From a virus (Duplodnaviria; Caudoviricetes), in IMG/VR virus record IMGVR_UViG_3300028591_000206, positions 1,941 through 65,940 of that record: DNA of 64,000 nucleotides. The stretch is one strand, 5' to 3'. Made by a program: the position numbers and the translations under genes. Each line of letters begins with the position of its first letter. The stretch's first letter is position 1. A model generated the notes under the pieces. That model was not told the DNA's origin, did no database searches, and saw only the letters and a list, made by a program, of their open reading frames with translations. Of the stretch, positions 31,781-41,483 are shown piece after piece.

Positions 31781-34700
31781 TCAATAATAGTTTAAATTTC
31801 TAATTTGATTAGAAACTTCATTTCGAGAATCTTCTTGAATATTAAAAGTAGAGAAATCGTTATTAATTCCATTCATATATGATACATTAACGTTATCCAT
31901 TCCAGTATTGTTTAATAAACGAGTAAGCTGTGCTTGAACTTTTTTTGGATCATTTTTTATATTTAATTTAGGTATAGGTATATTTGTTTCATCAGCTTCA
32001 CGTTTATTATCAGTCCAAATATCAAATTCACCTGGGTCTAAATTGTTTAAACCTACCATTTTAATTTTAACATGATCAAGATTGGATTCTTCATTCCATC
32101 CAGACCAGTTTTCATCTGGTAAAGCATGTTTCTGGAAATATTCTGTAAGAGAAGGTTTTTCATCAACATGCATACCCCATGAAGCCTGTAATGCTCTTCT
32201 TAAATAGCTAGGTGCAATTCTTAGTATTTTTTGTTTTTCTTCTTCTGGAGCTTCAACTAATTTGGAATAATACTGTCTTTCTTTTTTAGGTAATGCAGAC
32301 ATTATGTTTCTTATATCATCACCTGGTTCATATCCATACATGGTACGATCAGCTGCTTGTTTATAAGATATTGCTTTTATGGCATTTAATGGTAATTTTT
32401 CTACTTTTCTATCGTTAGAAATTTCAGCAAGTTCACGATTAATTGCCCTAATTACTTCTTTTTTAGATTGATCTTTTTCTTCGTATTTAGGACTTCCATA
32501 TTTAAAATTATAATTTCCACGATGTTTGAAATCAAGTTTCACAAGACGCTTATAATTGTTCAGCTCTTGTCGTTTAGCTTTATTATCTTTTCCTTTTTGT
32601 TCTTGTTTTTCTATATAAGCTTCAACATCAAAATGATCTCGTTTTTTAGCTAATTCTTTGTATTTATTATATAATTTAGTGTTTTTAACATATTTTAGTG
32701 TATCAATGTAAGTATTCATTTCTTCTTGTTGTCTACGTCTTTTTGGTCTAAATTCACGATCCTTGTCTGACATTAAATGATGTATAGTAGTTCCTATTGC
32801 TGGTATAGTTGCACCGAAAATAGCACCTACAAATTTACCATAAGGATTTTTACCAGTCATACTGCCAAGAAATGCTCCTACCATTATTGCTCCTATAGGA
32901 TGCATAGAAGATAATTCGTTTGTAGTAGGAATAACATAATCTCTTATTGGATGACTCCATGATTTAAAATCTTTATTATAAACTTCTCGTTTACGGTATT
33001 GTTCATAAGGACTACGTATCTGGAAAAATTTATCTCCGATAAATGGAAGTTTAGCAGCGCTATGTGTTAATGTTTCCATCATTGAACCAAAAGCAATACT
33101 TCCTTCAGAATATCTTGCATGGATACCAGCTGGAGAGTTATCATTTTCTTTTTCTTTAGCTAGGCCTTTTTTAAGCATACGTCTGTTAAGATTAGTTCCT
33201 TTAACATTAACAATAGCTCTGATTGATTGAGTAGAGTCTTTATTATATTTGTTTCTTTCGTCTGCATCATATTGAATAGTAATACTTTGACCAGGTTTAA
33301 GATATTTTCTCAATTCATCATTTGCAGCTTCATTCATAGTTTTGCCAGTACGTTTTGTACGCATCTTACCAGTTTTTTTATTTTTTTCTTTTTTTTCTTT
33401 TACTGTAGGAGCATATAATGTACTATTTGATTCAGAAACATTAATACCAGCAAATTTAATAGCATGTTCTTTACCATATTCATTAACGATAATGGTATTA
33501 TTATCAATAATATCTTTAACAGTAACTTTTTCTGATTTTAAATTAGATGTTTTAAATTTATAATCATATACTCTTAAAGGTTCTTTTTGTTCTTGCATAC
33601 GTTCACGCGCTGCTTTAACTTCTCTCTTTTCTTTTTCTGTTAAATGAGCGTGTGATATTTGAGACGAAATATCTTTAAACTCTTGAGAATATGGTGCTGT
33701 GTCAGCTAATATTTTATATTTATCAACAAGAGAATATAAATCTCCTCTTGAAATTTCACCAGATTTAATACCGTTATAGATATCCATTTTTGCATCATTA
33801 AGATTTTGGATACTTGAACGTAAATCTTTTTTATTAAATTTTATTCGTGCTTTATATAATTCTTCTGGATTATCTTGATTGTAATAATAAATATAGCCTC
33901 TACCTTTAGTATTCTTCATAGCGTATAAATCATAATTCATTTCATAATAATCTTGATTTCTTACGTTATGGCCTTTTTTAAGAGTTTCAAATTCTTTAGA
34001 ATCAACACCACGAATATTAATTAAAGTTTTACCAGTACTTGAATGATAATCTTTTATTACAGCATCAACAACGCCAGTAATATCATGTTGTTCATCATGG
34101 AATTTTGTTCTTGCTTTTAATAAAACTTTATTATCTCTAAAATTATCTAAAATTCTAGATACAAATTCTTCTATTGGATGTAAATCTTGTATTTCATATT
34201 TATCATTTATGATTTCTTGTGGTCTTTTATCTTTCTTTAATGCTTTTATATTGTTTTCTTGTTCATATGTTAAATTTGTATCTTGATGTAAAAAGTGTCT
34301 TACATGAGCTGAACGTGAATTAACAAGCATACTTGCACTAATGTTAAATGAAAAATCAATATTATTTAATTTTTCATAAGCATCTCCTGGTAGTCTTTCT
34401 TCACCATTCATTATTTTAGAATATGGGTCTCCATGTAAATAATCAATAAAATAATTAGAACCTGGCATCCAAGTAGGCATTGTATTTCTAATAGGATTAA
34501 GATATTCTGTATTCTTATCTTTTTTGTGTATAAAACGTCTAGCAATTTCAGAAAGCTCTCCTCCTAATCCTCCAAGATTTGTATCCCAAAATGAACGATT
34601 AGCGCTATATGTATAGCTTGAATTTTCTACTTTTACAGAACCTACATTTTGAGTTCCAGTAAACATTGATTGAATTAAAAATCCTTTAAGACCATATATA

Positions 34701-37700
34701 TTACCAATGTCGTTAAATTCTTCTCCTATATTCCATAAAATATCATTATTTGCTTTTATAGGTTCTTGTTGTTGATATCCTCTTTCGTATTCATTAATAT
34801 CAACTCGTTGATTAGTACCATATATTTTATTTAATGAATAGTGTTTTATTTCTTCATTTACTTTATAAAGATTAAGATTTTCTGGAACATCAACAATAGA
34901 AATACTACCAGATGGTGTAACGTATACATCTAATGCAGTATTATAACGGTCATAATCTCTATAAGGTAATGATGATGTTTGTAATGGACTAGAATATTCT
35001 TTAGCTTTAGTAAATAAAGTTTGTCTAAAGTTATCAAGATTAGAATATGGTAATGTACGAACCGGTGTAGCTTGTCCATTATTATAAGCAACAGTATATG
35101 AACGTAATGCATTATCGTATAAAGGAGTTTGTTTAAACGATGAAAATGTATTATTTACAGGAACAGCATTAGTAGAATTATTTAAAATTTGTTGAACTAA
35201 GAACAAATCTTGTAGTCTTAATCCAGCTGCTTTATGATATTGTTCTTGTGTTCTTGCATTAATTTGATTAAATGTACTTGTATCTACAAATGCTCTTTCT
35301 ATAGCTTTTTGTATATCAGAAATAAACCCACCTTTTGCTTCTGCAAAATTGGATGATTGCCCAGTCATTAATAATTGACTAGGTTTTTCATCTTGTGGAT
35401 TTACTGGTTTTAAAGTACCGTCTGGATTCCAGTACTCTTTGTGCATTTTTTTACGATATATTTGACCTATAGTACCAGAAACTAAAGGACCAATTAATGG
35501 TATATTCTCACCTTTAGGTGCTGTCTCTGGATAAGGTCTATCGTTTCTATGTTTCTTATCCCAATGATGAGGATCAGTAATAAAGTGTCTAATCGGAGCT
35601 AATGGACTAACTAAATTAGGATACCATACGTTTTGATAGTATTCTTTTCTAGAACCATACATTGTATCACTAAATTTAGTATCAGCTTCTATACGACGAT
35701 ATATATTTGGTCTCCAATGGTCTATTTTTGCACCAGTAAATGGAGTATTTGAAACAGACCAATAACGATTTTTACGTATTGGATCATAACCTTTTTCTAT
35801 GTATTCTTTTCTTTCTTCTGCTGTTTGTCCTAAACCAAGTTGATATATAATAGGTAATTCAGTAAAGTTATCAGAACCTGGAGTCATTTCTTGAAGATAT
35901 TTAAAGATTTTTGTAAATCCTAATGTATCACCTATTCCATGTATACCAATATCTATAGGTTTAACAATATCACGCATTAATGTTTTAGTAAGTGTATCTG
36001 TTTTGCCTTCTTTTTTTTCTTTATTGTTAGTAAATATTGGTTCAGAAAAATAATCTATCATTCCAGGAACTTGTGTTAGCATATATACAGGCAATGCTCT
36101 TTTTAGCAATAAATTTTGTACTAAGTCTTTAGTAGAATGTTTAGAATCAAGACTAAGTCCTAAATTTACAGTAGCTAATCCAGTATCAAGAGCGTTAAAA
36201 ACATCATATAACATTGAAGAACTTTCATTGAAATACTTATTCATATTTCCTTCTGCATCAAATCCAGCAAAAAGTTGTCCAACGAATTCTTTTATATCTT
36301 CTGTAAATTTTTCTGTATTTTTATCAGTAATGTCTTGAAATAAGTCTTGTATATTTTTACCTTGTTTAGTAATAACAATATTTTTACCACGAATTTTTAC
36401 GCCATTTTTAGTAATATAATCATCAAAACCTTTACCAAATGCCATATTATATGATTTATCTCTAATTTCAGACAATGCTGTATCATAGTCTTTAAATTGG
36501 AAATTGTTAGTTCTAAATGCATTTGATCGTGTTGCGTTGTATAATAAGTCATCAAACAAATTATCTACATTGGACATTTCTCCATAGTCAAAGTACATAC
36601 TGCTTTTCAAATCTTGAACATTTTTAAATTCTTGAAAGCCAATATCAAAATGTCTACCGAATTTATTTCTTATTCTTTCTATTGGTGACATTGTAAAACC
36701 AGATACTGCTTCATATTCTTCTGCTGTTAAATTTGGCGAATAATATTTTTTAGCTTTATCACCAATTTGTTTTACTGTATCACTTACAGCTTCATTCATA
36801 CTATCTCTATTTAAGTCATATCCGCCCATCGTACGCATTATAGCCACAGAATGAGGTAACTTAAATTCTTTATCAGCATTTGTAATATCCCATGCATGAT
36901 ATCCAGAACCAAGAAACTCTTCGGTTCCTTCTGTTCCTAAAGCATATAAATTTCCACGAGAAAATAACAGATGAAATGTTTCATCTGGTTTATTAAACTT
37001 TTTTTGTAAAGATGTACTTATATCATCGCCAAGACGACTACCTTGACCAGAAATATATGGAGAATATGCATCAACACCATTTATTAATGCAAATGGAACA
37101 TCTCTTCGATGAAATATATTATCAAACGGAGTAACTTTAATCATACTATCTATTGGGTTAAATCCAAGCACTGGCAGACCAAAATCTTTTCTTAATGAGT
37201 CAGAAAAAAAAGATAGTGCATCTTTGCCCATCATATAGTTTATGATTTTATCCTGTTGTTCATTTATATTAATTGATTTATCAATGATAAATCTTTTCCA
37301 AACATCATCGAAATTACCAAGAGTACCAATACGATTGCCATCAGCATATTTATGTCTAGCATCAGATAAAAATTCTTCTATTGTACTTTTAATAGTTTTA
37401 CCGTTTTGCCCTATTGTTTCATTAATGTTAAGATTGTATTTATCAAATAAGATTTTTTCATTAAGGCCTTCTTTAAATACCAGTTCGTGTTTTTGTTTAT
37501 CAAAAGTTTCAAAAATATCTCCTAAAAGAAGAGCTCTATAATTTGTTCGTTTTAATTGTGCTTGAGCTGTTTCATCACTTAAAGATAATGATTCTACAAA
37601 ATCTTTCATTAAGTTAGCACTTGCTTTATTACCAGCACTACCTAACTTATTATTAGAAATATCTTGTGTAATATTATTCATTGTTAAGATGCTTTGAACA

Positions 37701-38347
37701 ATATCAGATTTTCTAAGACTAGTATTTCTTGTTTTAATATATCGTTCACCAGTTTTTTGAAGTTCTTGTATACGTTCTTTAACGATTTTATCTATCTCAT
37801 TTTGTGAATGACCTTGACCAGCAAGAGATTCTTCTATTGTTTTACGAATATTAATAATTTGTGCTTGTGAATATCCTTTAGTTTCTTTTTGTAGCATTTG
37901 AGTAAGTATATTAACATCTGTTACAGTATCGTTAATAACTCTTCTTATATTGGTAGTATATAATTCTTTTCTAGCAAAAGATTCTTTTAAGTCTTGCCAT
38001 AAATCATATCCTAAAGAAGATACTTTTTTAGAATTAAATAAACTATGATCTGGACGCAAAAATTCTTTTGTATTACCTAAAGCCCAGTCTTTCATAACTT
38101 TAGAACGACGATATCCTTCGTTAGAAGACATTTCTGCAAATGCTGCACCAGCTTCTTTTAAAGAGCCAAAAACAGTACGTAAAACACCACTCCTGTATAA
38201 ACCATAACCGCCACCTATAACAAGACCAGCAATAATTGCGTTCTCAAGAGTACTGTTTTTATTTGTATTTTGTTTATCTTTAACAGTTTGTTTATTTAAT
38301 AAATCGTGATCATGTTTCTGTTTTAATTTTTTGTTTTCTAAAGCCAT
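31781..38347 (-). CDS. 2188-aa tape-measure/ejection-like protein with degenerate PD-(D/E)XK and thermonuclease (SNase) domains
   Basis: Follows the two tail chaperone genes; N-terminal hydrophobic 'AIIAGLVIGGGYGLY' and C-terminal glycine-zipper 'IGAIMVGAFLGS...FVGAIFGATIPAIG'; 'ITGVVDAVI' (~34065) and 'IIDNNTI...IKFAGINVSE...NLNRRMLKKGLA' (~33155-33535). Confidence 0.65.
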   Translation of the reverse strand: MALENKKLKQKHDHDLLNKQTVKDKQNTNKNSTLENAIIAGLVIGGGYGLYRSGVLRTVFGSLKEAGAAFAEMSSNEGYRRSKVMKDWALGNTKEFLRPDHSLFNSKKVSSLGYDLWQDLKESFARKELYTTNIRRVINDTVTDVNILTQMLQKETKGYSQAQIINIRKTIEESLAGQGHSQNEIDKIVKERIQELQKTGERYIKTRNTSLRKSDIVQSILTMNNITQDISNNKLGSAGNKASANLMKDFVESLSLSDETAQAQLKRTNYRALLLGDIFETFDKQKHELVFKEGLNEKILFDKYNLNINETIGQNGKTIKSTIEEFLSDARHKYADGNRIGTLGNFDDVWKRFIIDKSININEQQDKIINYMMGKDALSFFSDSLRKDFGLPVLGFNPIDSMIKVTPFDNIFHRRDVPFALINGVDAYSPYISGQGSRLGDDISTSLQKKFNKPDETFHLLFSRGNLYALGTEGTEEFLGSGYHAWDITNADKEFKLPHSVAIMRTMGGYDLNRDSMNEAVSDTVKQIGDKAKKYYSPNLTAEEYEAVSGFTMSPIERIRNKFGRHFDIGFQEFKNVQDLKSSMYFDYGEMSNVDNLFDDLLYNATRSNAFRTNNFQFKDYDTALSEIRDKSYNMAFGKGFDDYITKNGVKIRGKNIVITKQGKNIQDLFQDITDKNTEKFTEDIKEFVGQLFAGFDAEGNMNKYFNESSSMLYDVFNALDTGLATVNLGLSLDSKHSTKDLVQNLLLKRALPVYMLTQVPGMIDYFSEPIFTNNKEKKEGKTDTLTKTLMRDIVKPIDIGIHGIGDTLGFTKIFKYLQEMTPGSDNFTELPIIYQLGLGQTAEERKEYIEKGYDPIRKNRYWSVSNTPFTGAKIDHWRPNIYRRIEADTKFSDTMYGSRKEYYQNVWYPNLVSPLAPIRHFITDPHHWDKKHRNDRPYPETAPKGENIPLIGPLVSGTIGQIYRKKMHKEYWNPDGTLKPVNPQDEKPSQLLMTGQSSNFAEAKGGFISDIQKAIERAFVDTSTFNQINARTQEQYHKAAGLRLQDLFLVQQILNNSTNAVPVNNTFSSFKQTPLYDNALRSYTVAYNNGQATPVRTLPYSNLDNFRQTLFTKAKEYSSPLQTSSLPYRDYDRYNTALDVYVTPSGSISIVDVPENLNLYKVNEEIKHYSLNKIYGTNQRVDINEYERGYQQQEPIKANNDILWNIGEEFNDIGNIYGLKGFLIQSMFTGTQNVGSVKVENSSYTYSANRSFWDTNLGGLGGELSEIARRFIHKKDKNTEYLNPIRNTMPTWMPGSNYFIDYLHGDPYSKIMNGEERLPGDAYEKLNNIDFSFNISASMLVNSRSAHVRHFLHQDTNLTYEQENNIKALKKDKRPQEIINDKYEIQDLHPIEEFVSRILDNFRDNKVLLKARTKFHDEQHDITGVVDAVIKDYHSSTGKTLINIRGVDSKEFETLKKGHNVRNQDYYEMNYDLYAMKNTKGRGYIYYYNQDNPEELYKARIKFNKKDLRSSIQNLNDAKMDIYNGIKSGEISRGDLYSLVDKYKILADTAPYSQEFKDISSQISHAHLTEKEKREVKAARERMQEQKEPLRVYDYKFKTSNLKSEKVTVKDIIDNNTIIVNEYGKEHAIKFAGINVSESNSTLYAPTVKEKKEKNKKTGKMRTKRTGKTMNEAANDELRKYLKPGQSITIQYDADERNKYNKDSTQSIRAIVNVKGTNLNRRMLKKGLAKEKENDNSPAGIHARYSEGSIAFGSMMETLTHSAAKLPFIGDKFFQIRSPYEQYRKREVYNKDFKSWSHPIRDYVIPTTNELSSMHPIGAIMVGAFLGSMTGKNPYGKFVGAIFGATIPAIGTTIHHLMSDKDREFRPKRRRQQEEMNTYIDTLKYVKNTKLYNKYKELAKKRDHFDVEAYIEKQEQKGKDNKAKRQELNNYKRLVKLDFKHRGNYNFKYGSPKYEEKDQSKKEVIRAINRELAEISNDRKVEKLPLNAIKAISYKQAADRTMYGYEPGDDIRNIMSALPKKERQYYSKLVEAPEEEKQKILRIAPSYLRRALQASWGMHVDEKPSLTEYFQKHALPDENWSGWNEESNLDHVKIKMVGLNNLDPGEFDIWTDNKREADETNIPIPKLNIKNDPKKVQAQLTRLLNNTGMDNVNVSYMNGINNDFSTFNIQEDSRNEVSNQIRNLNYY

Positions 38348-39014
38348 CTAACAGCTCCTTGTTATTCCATGATTTACCTATAATAAATGGATTATCTATA
38401 ATATTATTATTAAGATTAACTTCTTTTTGTATTTCTTCTTTAAAAAAGATTAACGGATTTATTTTTTGTTTGATAACATTATTAACATCATTTTCATTAT
38501 GAATACTAGGAGTTTGTATATTAGCATCTTCATTTTTTGTAATATGATAGTCATAGCCTTGAAGCTTTGCTATATTTTCTGCTCTTACTGTCATATCCAT
38601 TAACTTTTGCCAAGTCCAATCTTCCATTTCTTCATATGTATAATCACCTATAAATGCTTTGATTAAATCCATACATTGTTGATAAAGATTGCTAGATGCT
38701 TTTGCTAAATCATACTCTGCAAATATGTCTTGTGGATTTTCAAAATCAGATAATCTTTTTATATATCCAGTAACAACAGAAGGTAATACACCAAATTCAC
38801 ATTCAGAAAAGTCATAATCTTCTGGATATACACATGACATATTACATATTGCAGTTTCTTGTTTAAACTGATCAGAATACATTCTCATTATCATTTCGTA
38901 TTCTTTAACGGTTAATGTTCTAAAAACAAAATCTTCATTTGAAAAACGGACATAAATTAATTTATGTCCGTTATATTCTTCCTTATAATATTGTAATTTT
39001 TGGTCACTAATCAT
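38310..39014 (-). CDS. Tail assembly chaperone-like protein (paralogue 2)
   Basis: Between the tube-like genes and the tape measure; 'FVFRTLTVKEY...ICNMSCVYP' parallels the upstream gene. Confidence 0.65.
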   Translation of the reverse strand: MISDQKLQYYKEEYNGHKLIYVRFSNEDFVFRTLTVKEYEMIMRMYSDQFKQETAICNMSCVYPEDYDFSECEFGVLPSVVTGYIKRLSDFENPQDIFAEYDLAKASSNLYQQCMDLIKAFIGDYTYEEMEDWTWQKLMDMTVRAENIAKLQGYDYHITKNEDANIQTPSIHNENDVNNVIKQKINPLIFFKEEIQKEVNLNNNIIDNPFIIGKSWNNKELLDGFRKQKIKTET

Positions 39015-39595
39015 TATAAAACCTCGATTCCATAGTCATTAGTAAAACCAGAATTTTCCATTATGATTTGTGCAAGAGTTCCTGGATATCCAGCATCATC
39101 TTTTCCCATTGCGGCATAATCATAGTTATAAGGCCATAATACGCAAGTTTTACAAATCAATTCTTCGTTTGTTAAAGAATCGAGAGCAAGAGATGCTATT
39201 TGCTCATATTCTGCACGATTTAATGTTCTAAATAAGAAATGTCTTTCTAGTATTTTAGTATGATAAATTTTTGAGACTCCATATTGTTTTTTCCATAATT
39301 GAACTTTGGAAATACCTGGTCCTCCAGTAAATATTGGAGCATCATTAGGGTCTATGTAATAGTCATCTTCTTTATCATACTGATTTTTTTCTGGATTTAT
39401 ATCTGGTTTGTTATTATAATCTATTGTTCTGTTAATATTTGGTATGCTTTGTGTTTGATTTTCAGTATCATTTACTTCTTCTTTGATTGAAGCATAGATA
39501 TCTTCTTGTGTTGGTTGTTCTTGTGATAATGTTCCGTTTTGTTCAAATTCTAATTTTTGTTTGGCAGCTTTCATTAAATCATCGTATTCACTCAT
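39014..39595 (-). CDS. Tail assembly chaperone-like protein (paralogue 1)
   Basis: 'WKKQYG...FLFRTLNRAEY...ICKTCVLWP...GYPGTLAQIIMENSGF'; TAATG overlap with the next gene. Confidence 0.7.
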   Translation of the reverse strand: MSEYDDLMKAAKQKLEFEQNGTLSQEQPTQEDIYASIKEEVNDTENQTQSIPNINRTIDYNNKPDINPEKNQYDKEDDYYIDPNDAPIFTGGPGISKVQLWKKQYGVSKIYHTKILERHFLFRTLNRAEYEQIASLALDSLTNEELICKTCVLWPYNYDYAAMGKDDAGYPGTLAQIIMENSGFTNDYGIEVL

Positions 39596-39606
39596 ATTAG
39601 TCCTCT

Positions 39607-40014
39607 TTAATAATTATTACTTGTAAACTCTTGAGATTGTATTTCTTCTATTTTTGCATTCAATGTTGCGATATCTTGTTCGCATTCTTCGATATCTTCA
39701 GCTAATTGAATGTTTTGATCATATATTCCTAACTCTTTTTTAAGTTTCAATAAATCTTGTTGACGAGTTGTTTTTTCAGCTTCTATATGTTCCCATTTAG
39801 CCATTGTAAGATAAAATCCTACATATATACCACCAATACCAAAGATAGAAATAATTAATTGAGGTAATGAGCTTAAATCATGTTGCATGTGCATTTCATA
39901 CATCGTATATATAATTATTACTGCAAGAAAAATAGCAATAAAAATACCAATTAATTTAGACATCGCCGTAAAACGAGATAACTGTGATGGCGTTTTATTA
40001 TCGTTGCTTTGCAT
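39607..40014 (-). CDS. Two-TM membrane protein with C-terminal coiled coil (holin-like or injection-associated)
   Basis: Start moved to ATG 40014 (AAAGGAGG RBS), giving 135 aa; TMs 'LIGIFIAIFLAVIIIY' and 'LIISIFGIGGIYVGFYL'. Confidence 0.55.
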   Translation of the reverse strand: MQSNDNKTPSQLSRFTAMSKLIGIFIAIFLAVIIIYTMYEMHMQHDLSSLPQLIISIFGIGGIYVGFYLTMAKWEHIEAEKTTRQQDLLKLKKELGIYDQNIQLAEDIEECEQDIATLNAKIEEIQSQEFTSNNY

Positions 40015-40033
40015 AAACGTTACCTCCTTTGTA

Positions 40034-40702
40034 TTATTTATCTTTAAATAAAGTATCAAAAGAATATTTAATATCAGAAGATGCAGACAATGCTGATTCT
40101 TCTCCTATATATTTAGCGCTATCTTCAGTTGCATCTGATTCTTTAATATCTCTAGCGATAAAATTATAAACTTCAGAAATAGGATTGCCAGAAGTATCTA
40201 CTTGAACAGAAACACTACGCATAAAAACATCTTTTATTATTTTTACATGGTCATTATCACCTAACGATATAATAATATCTTTATGATTTTTGCGATATAT
40301 TTTACTACTGTTATTTAAGAAAAATGGGTCGTAATGTGCGTCATAAATCGCACTCTCAATTGATGCATTATTATTATTACTATTATTGTCTTCTGTTACT
40401 TCATCTTCTGTAGTATTTTGAGCTTTATTAACAATAAATTTTAATAAATCGTCTGTAAGAATGCCTGTAGCATCTAAATTATTTTGCTTTTGAAAATTTA
40501 ATATTATATCTCTAAAAGTTGAACCAACAGCACTTACTCTTGTATTAGTAACATTTCCACCAGCTTTTGCTATTAAGTCAATGACAGATTGAACTAATGG
40601 TCCAGAATAATTGTTACCAGTAGAGTTGTAACGTAACTCTGAATATTTACCATCAGTTAAGTCTTTTATTGTGCTATTTTCATCAATAATTTTATTAGCC
40701 AT
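40034..40702 (-). CDS. PG-binding domain plus C-terminal half of a tail-tube-like fold
   Basis: 'ILNFQKQNNLDATGIL' (PG_binding_1); 'DIIISLG...IKDVFM...DTSGNPISEVYNFIARDI' parallels the tube C-terminal 'FDITLTFG...IYDVDI...WIARR'. Confidence 0.55.
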   Translation of the reverse strand: MANKIIDENSTIKDLTDGKYSELRYNSTGNNYSGPLVQSVIDLIAKAGGNVTNTRVSAVGSTFRDIILNFQKQNNLDATGILTDDLLKFIVNKAQNTTEDEVTEDNNSNNNNASIESAIYDAHYDPFFLNNSSKIYRKNHKDIIISLGDNDHVKIIKDVFMRSVSVQVDTSGNPISEVYNFIARDIKESDATEDSAKYIGEESALSASSDIKYSFDTLFKDK

Positions 40703-41477
40703 TGATCGTTATTCCTTTTATATAATACTTACTACCAGTATCATCCATTATATAATATATATCTTCATCTTCTTTTTTAATCGTTTCAAGTATTAATGCA
40801 TTACCATATAATGTTTTAGCACCACGAGTTAAACCTAAATCGTTATAGCCAGTAATACCAGCAAGTTCTATTTCTTTAGCATTTAATTGGTTAAATTTAG
40901 CGTTTAATGTATTTAATGTAATAGAATTTAAAAAAGTAGCGCTAATATTATTATCTTTTTGAAATTGTTTTAATGCTTTTTGATATTGTTGAGTAGTTGC
41001 GTTTGCATCAACGTCATAACCTAGAGCTGTAAGTTTCACTAATACTTCTGCATCTATGTTTTGATTTTCATAATTTTCTATATTTCTTACAGTAGAACCA
41101 AACCATTCAGTATTATATAAATTGTTTTCTTCTTCGGTATTATATTCATTAATTCCAGCACTTAATTCGTTATTAGAAGACGTTTCTGTATCTTTAAAGA
41201 ATTCTTGAGGTGCTTTATTTTTTATTGGAACTGTAAATGTTCCTGTGACTATACGGTTTCCAATAACAACATCATCAAATGTTCTTGAATTATATCCATA
41301 TACTGGTTTTAATTGTTCTTGTATTTCATATTGAATAAATCCTATTTCTGTTTGTTCTTCATCATCCATATAGATTTTTGTATCTGTACTAGAATAATAT
41401 TCTTCTCTATATAGATTAGCTTCACGATGATCTACTGTAGGAGTATATGAATAATTAAATGAAGGTTCTTTTGCCAT
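40695..41477 (-). CDS. N-terminal half of a tail-tube-like fold plus PG-binding domain
   Basis: 'YYSSTDT...IGFIQYEIQEQLKPVYGYNSRTFDDVVIGNRIVTGTF' parallels tube 'SFSGAD...IGELQQISW...APVF...RGKRGIAGSM'; 'LTALGY...ALKQFQKDNNI'. Confidence 0.6.
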   Translation of the reverse strand: MAKEPSFNYSYTPTVDHREANLYREEYYSSTDTKIYMDDEEQTEIGFIQYEIQEQLKPVYGYNSRTFDDVVIGNRIVTGTFTVPIKNKAPQEFFKDTETSSNNELSAGINEYNTEEENNLYNTEWFGSTVRNIENYENQNIDAEVLVKLTALGYDVDANATTQQYQKALKQFQKDNNISATFLNSITLNTLNAKFNQLNAKEIELAGITGYNDLGLTRGAKTLYGNALILETIKKEDEDIYYIMDDTGSKYYIKGITING

Positions 41478-41483
41478 AATTTA

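Noticed and set aside
31770-31784. TTG start at 31784 for the RNAP-like gene (and upstream starts at 8125 and 40059 for two other genes)
   Set aside because: Downstream ATGs at 31769, 8077 and 40014 have properly spaced GAGGAG/AGGAGG sites, whereas the longer starts overlap upstream genes without an RBS.
21564-38347. Intein, intron or homing endonuclease within the giant genes
   Set aside because: Both ORFs are uninterrupted, and no LAGLIDADG, HNH or intein splice-junction motifs were noticed.
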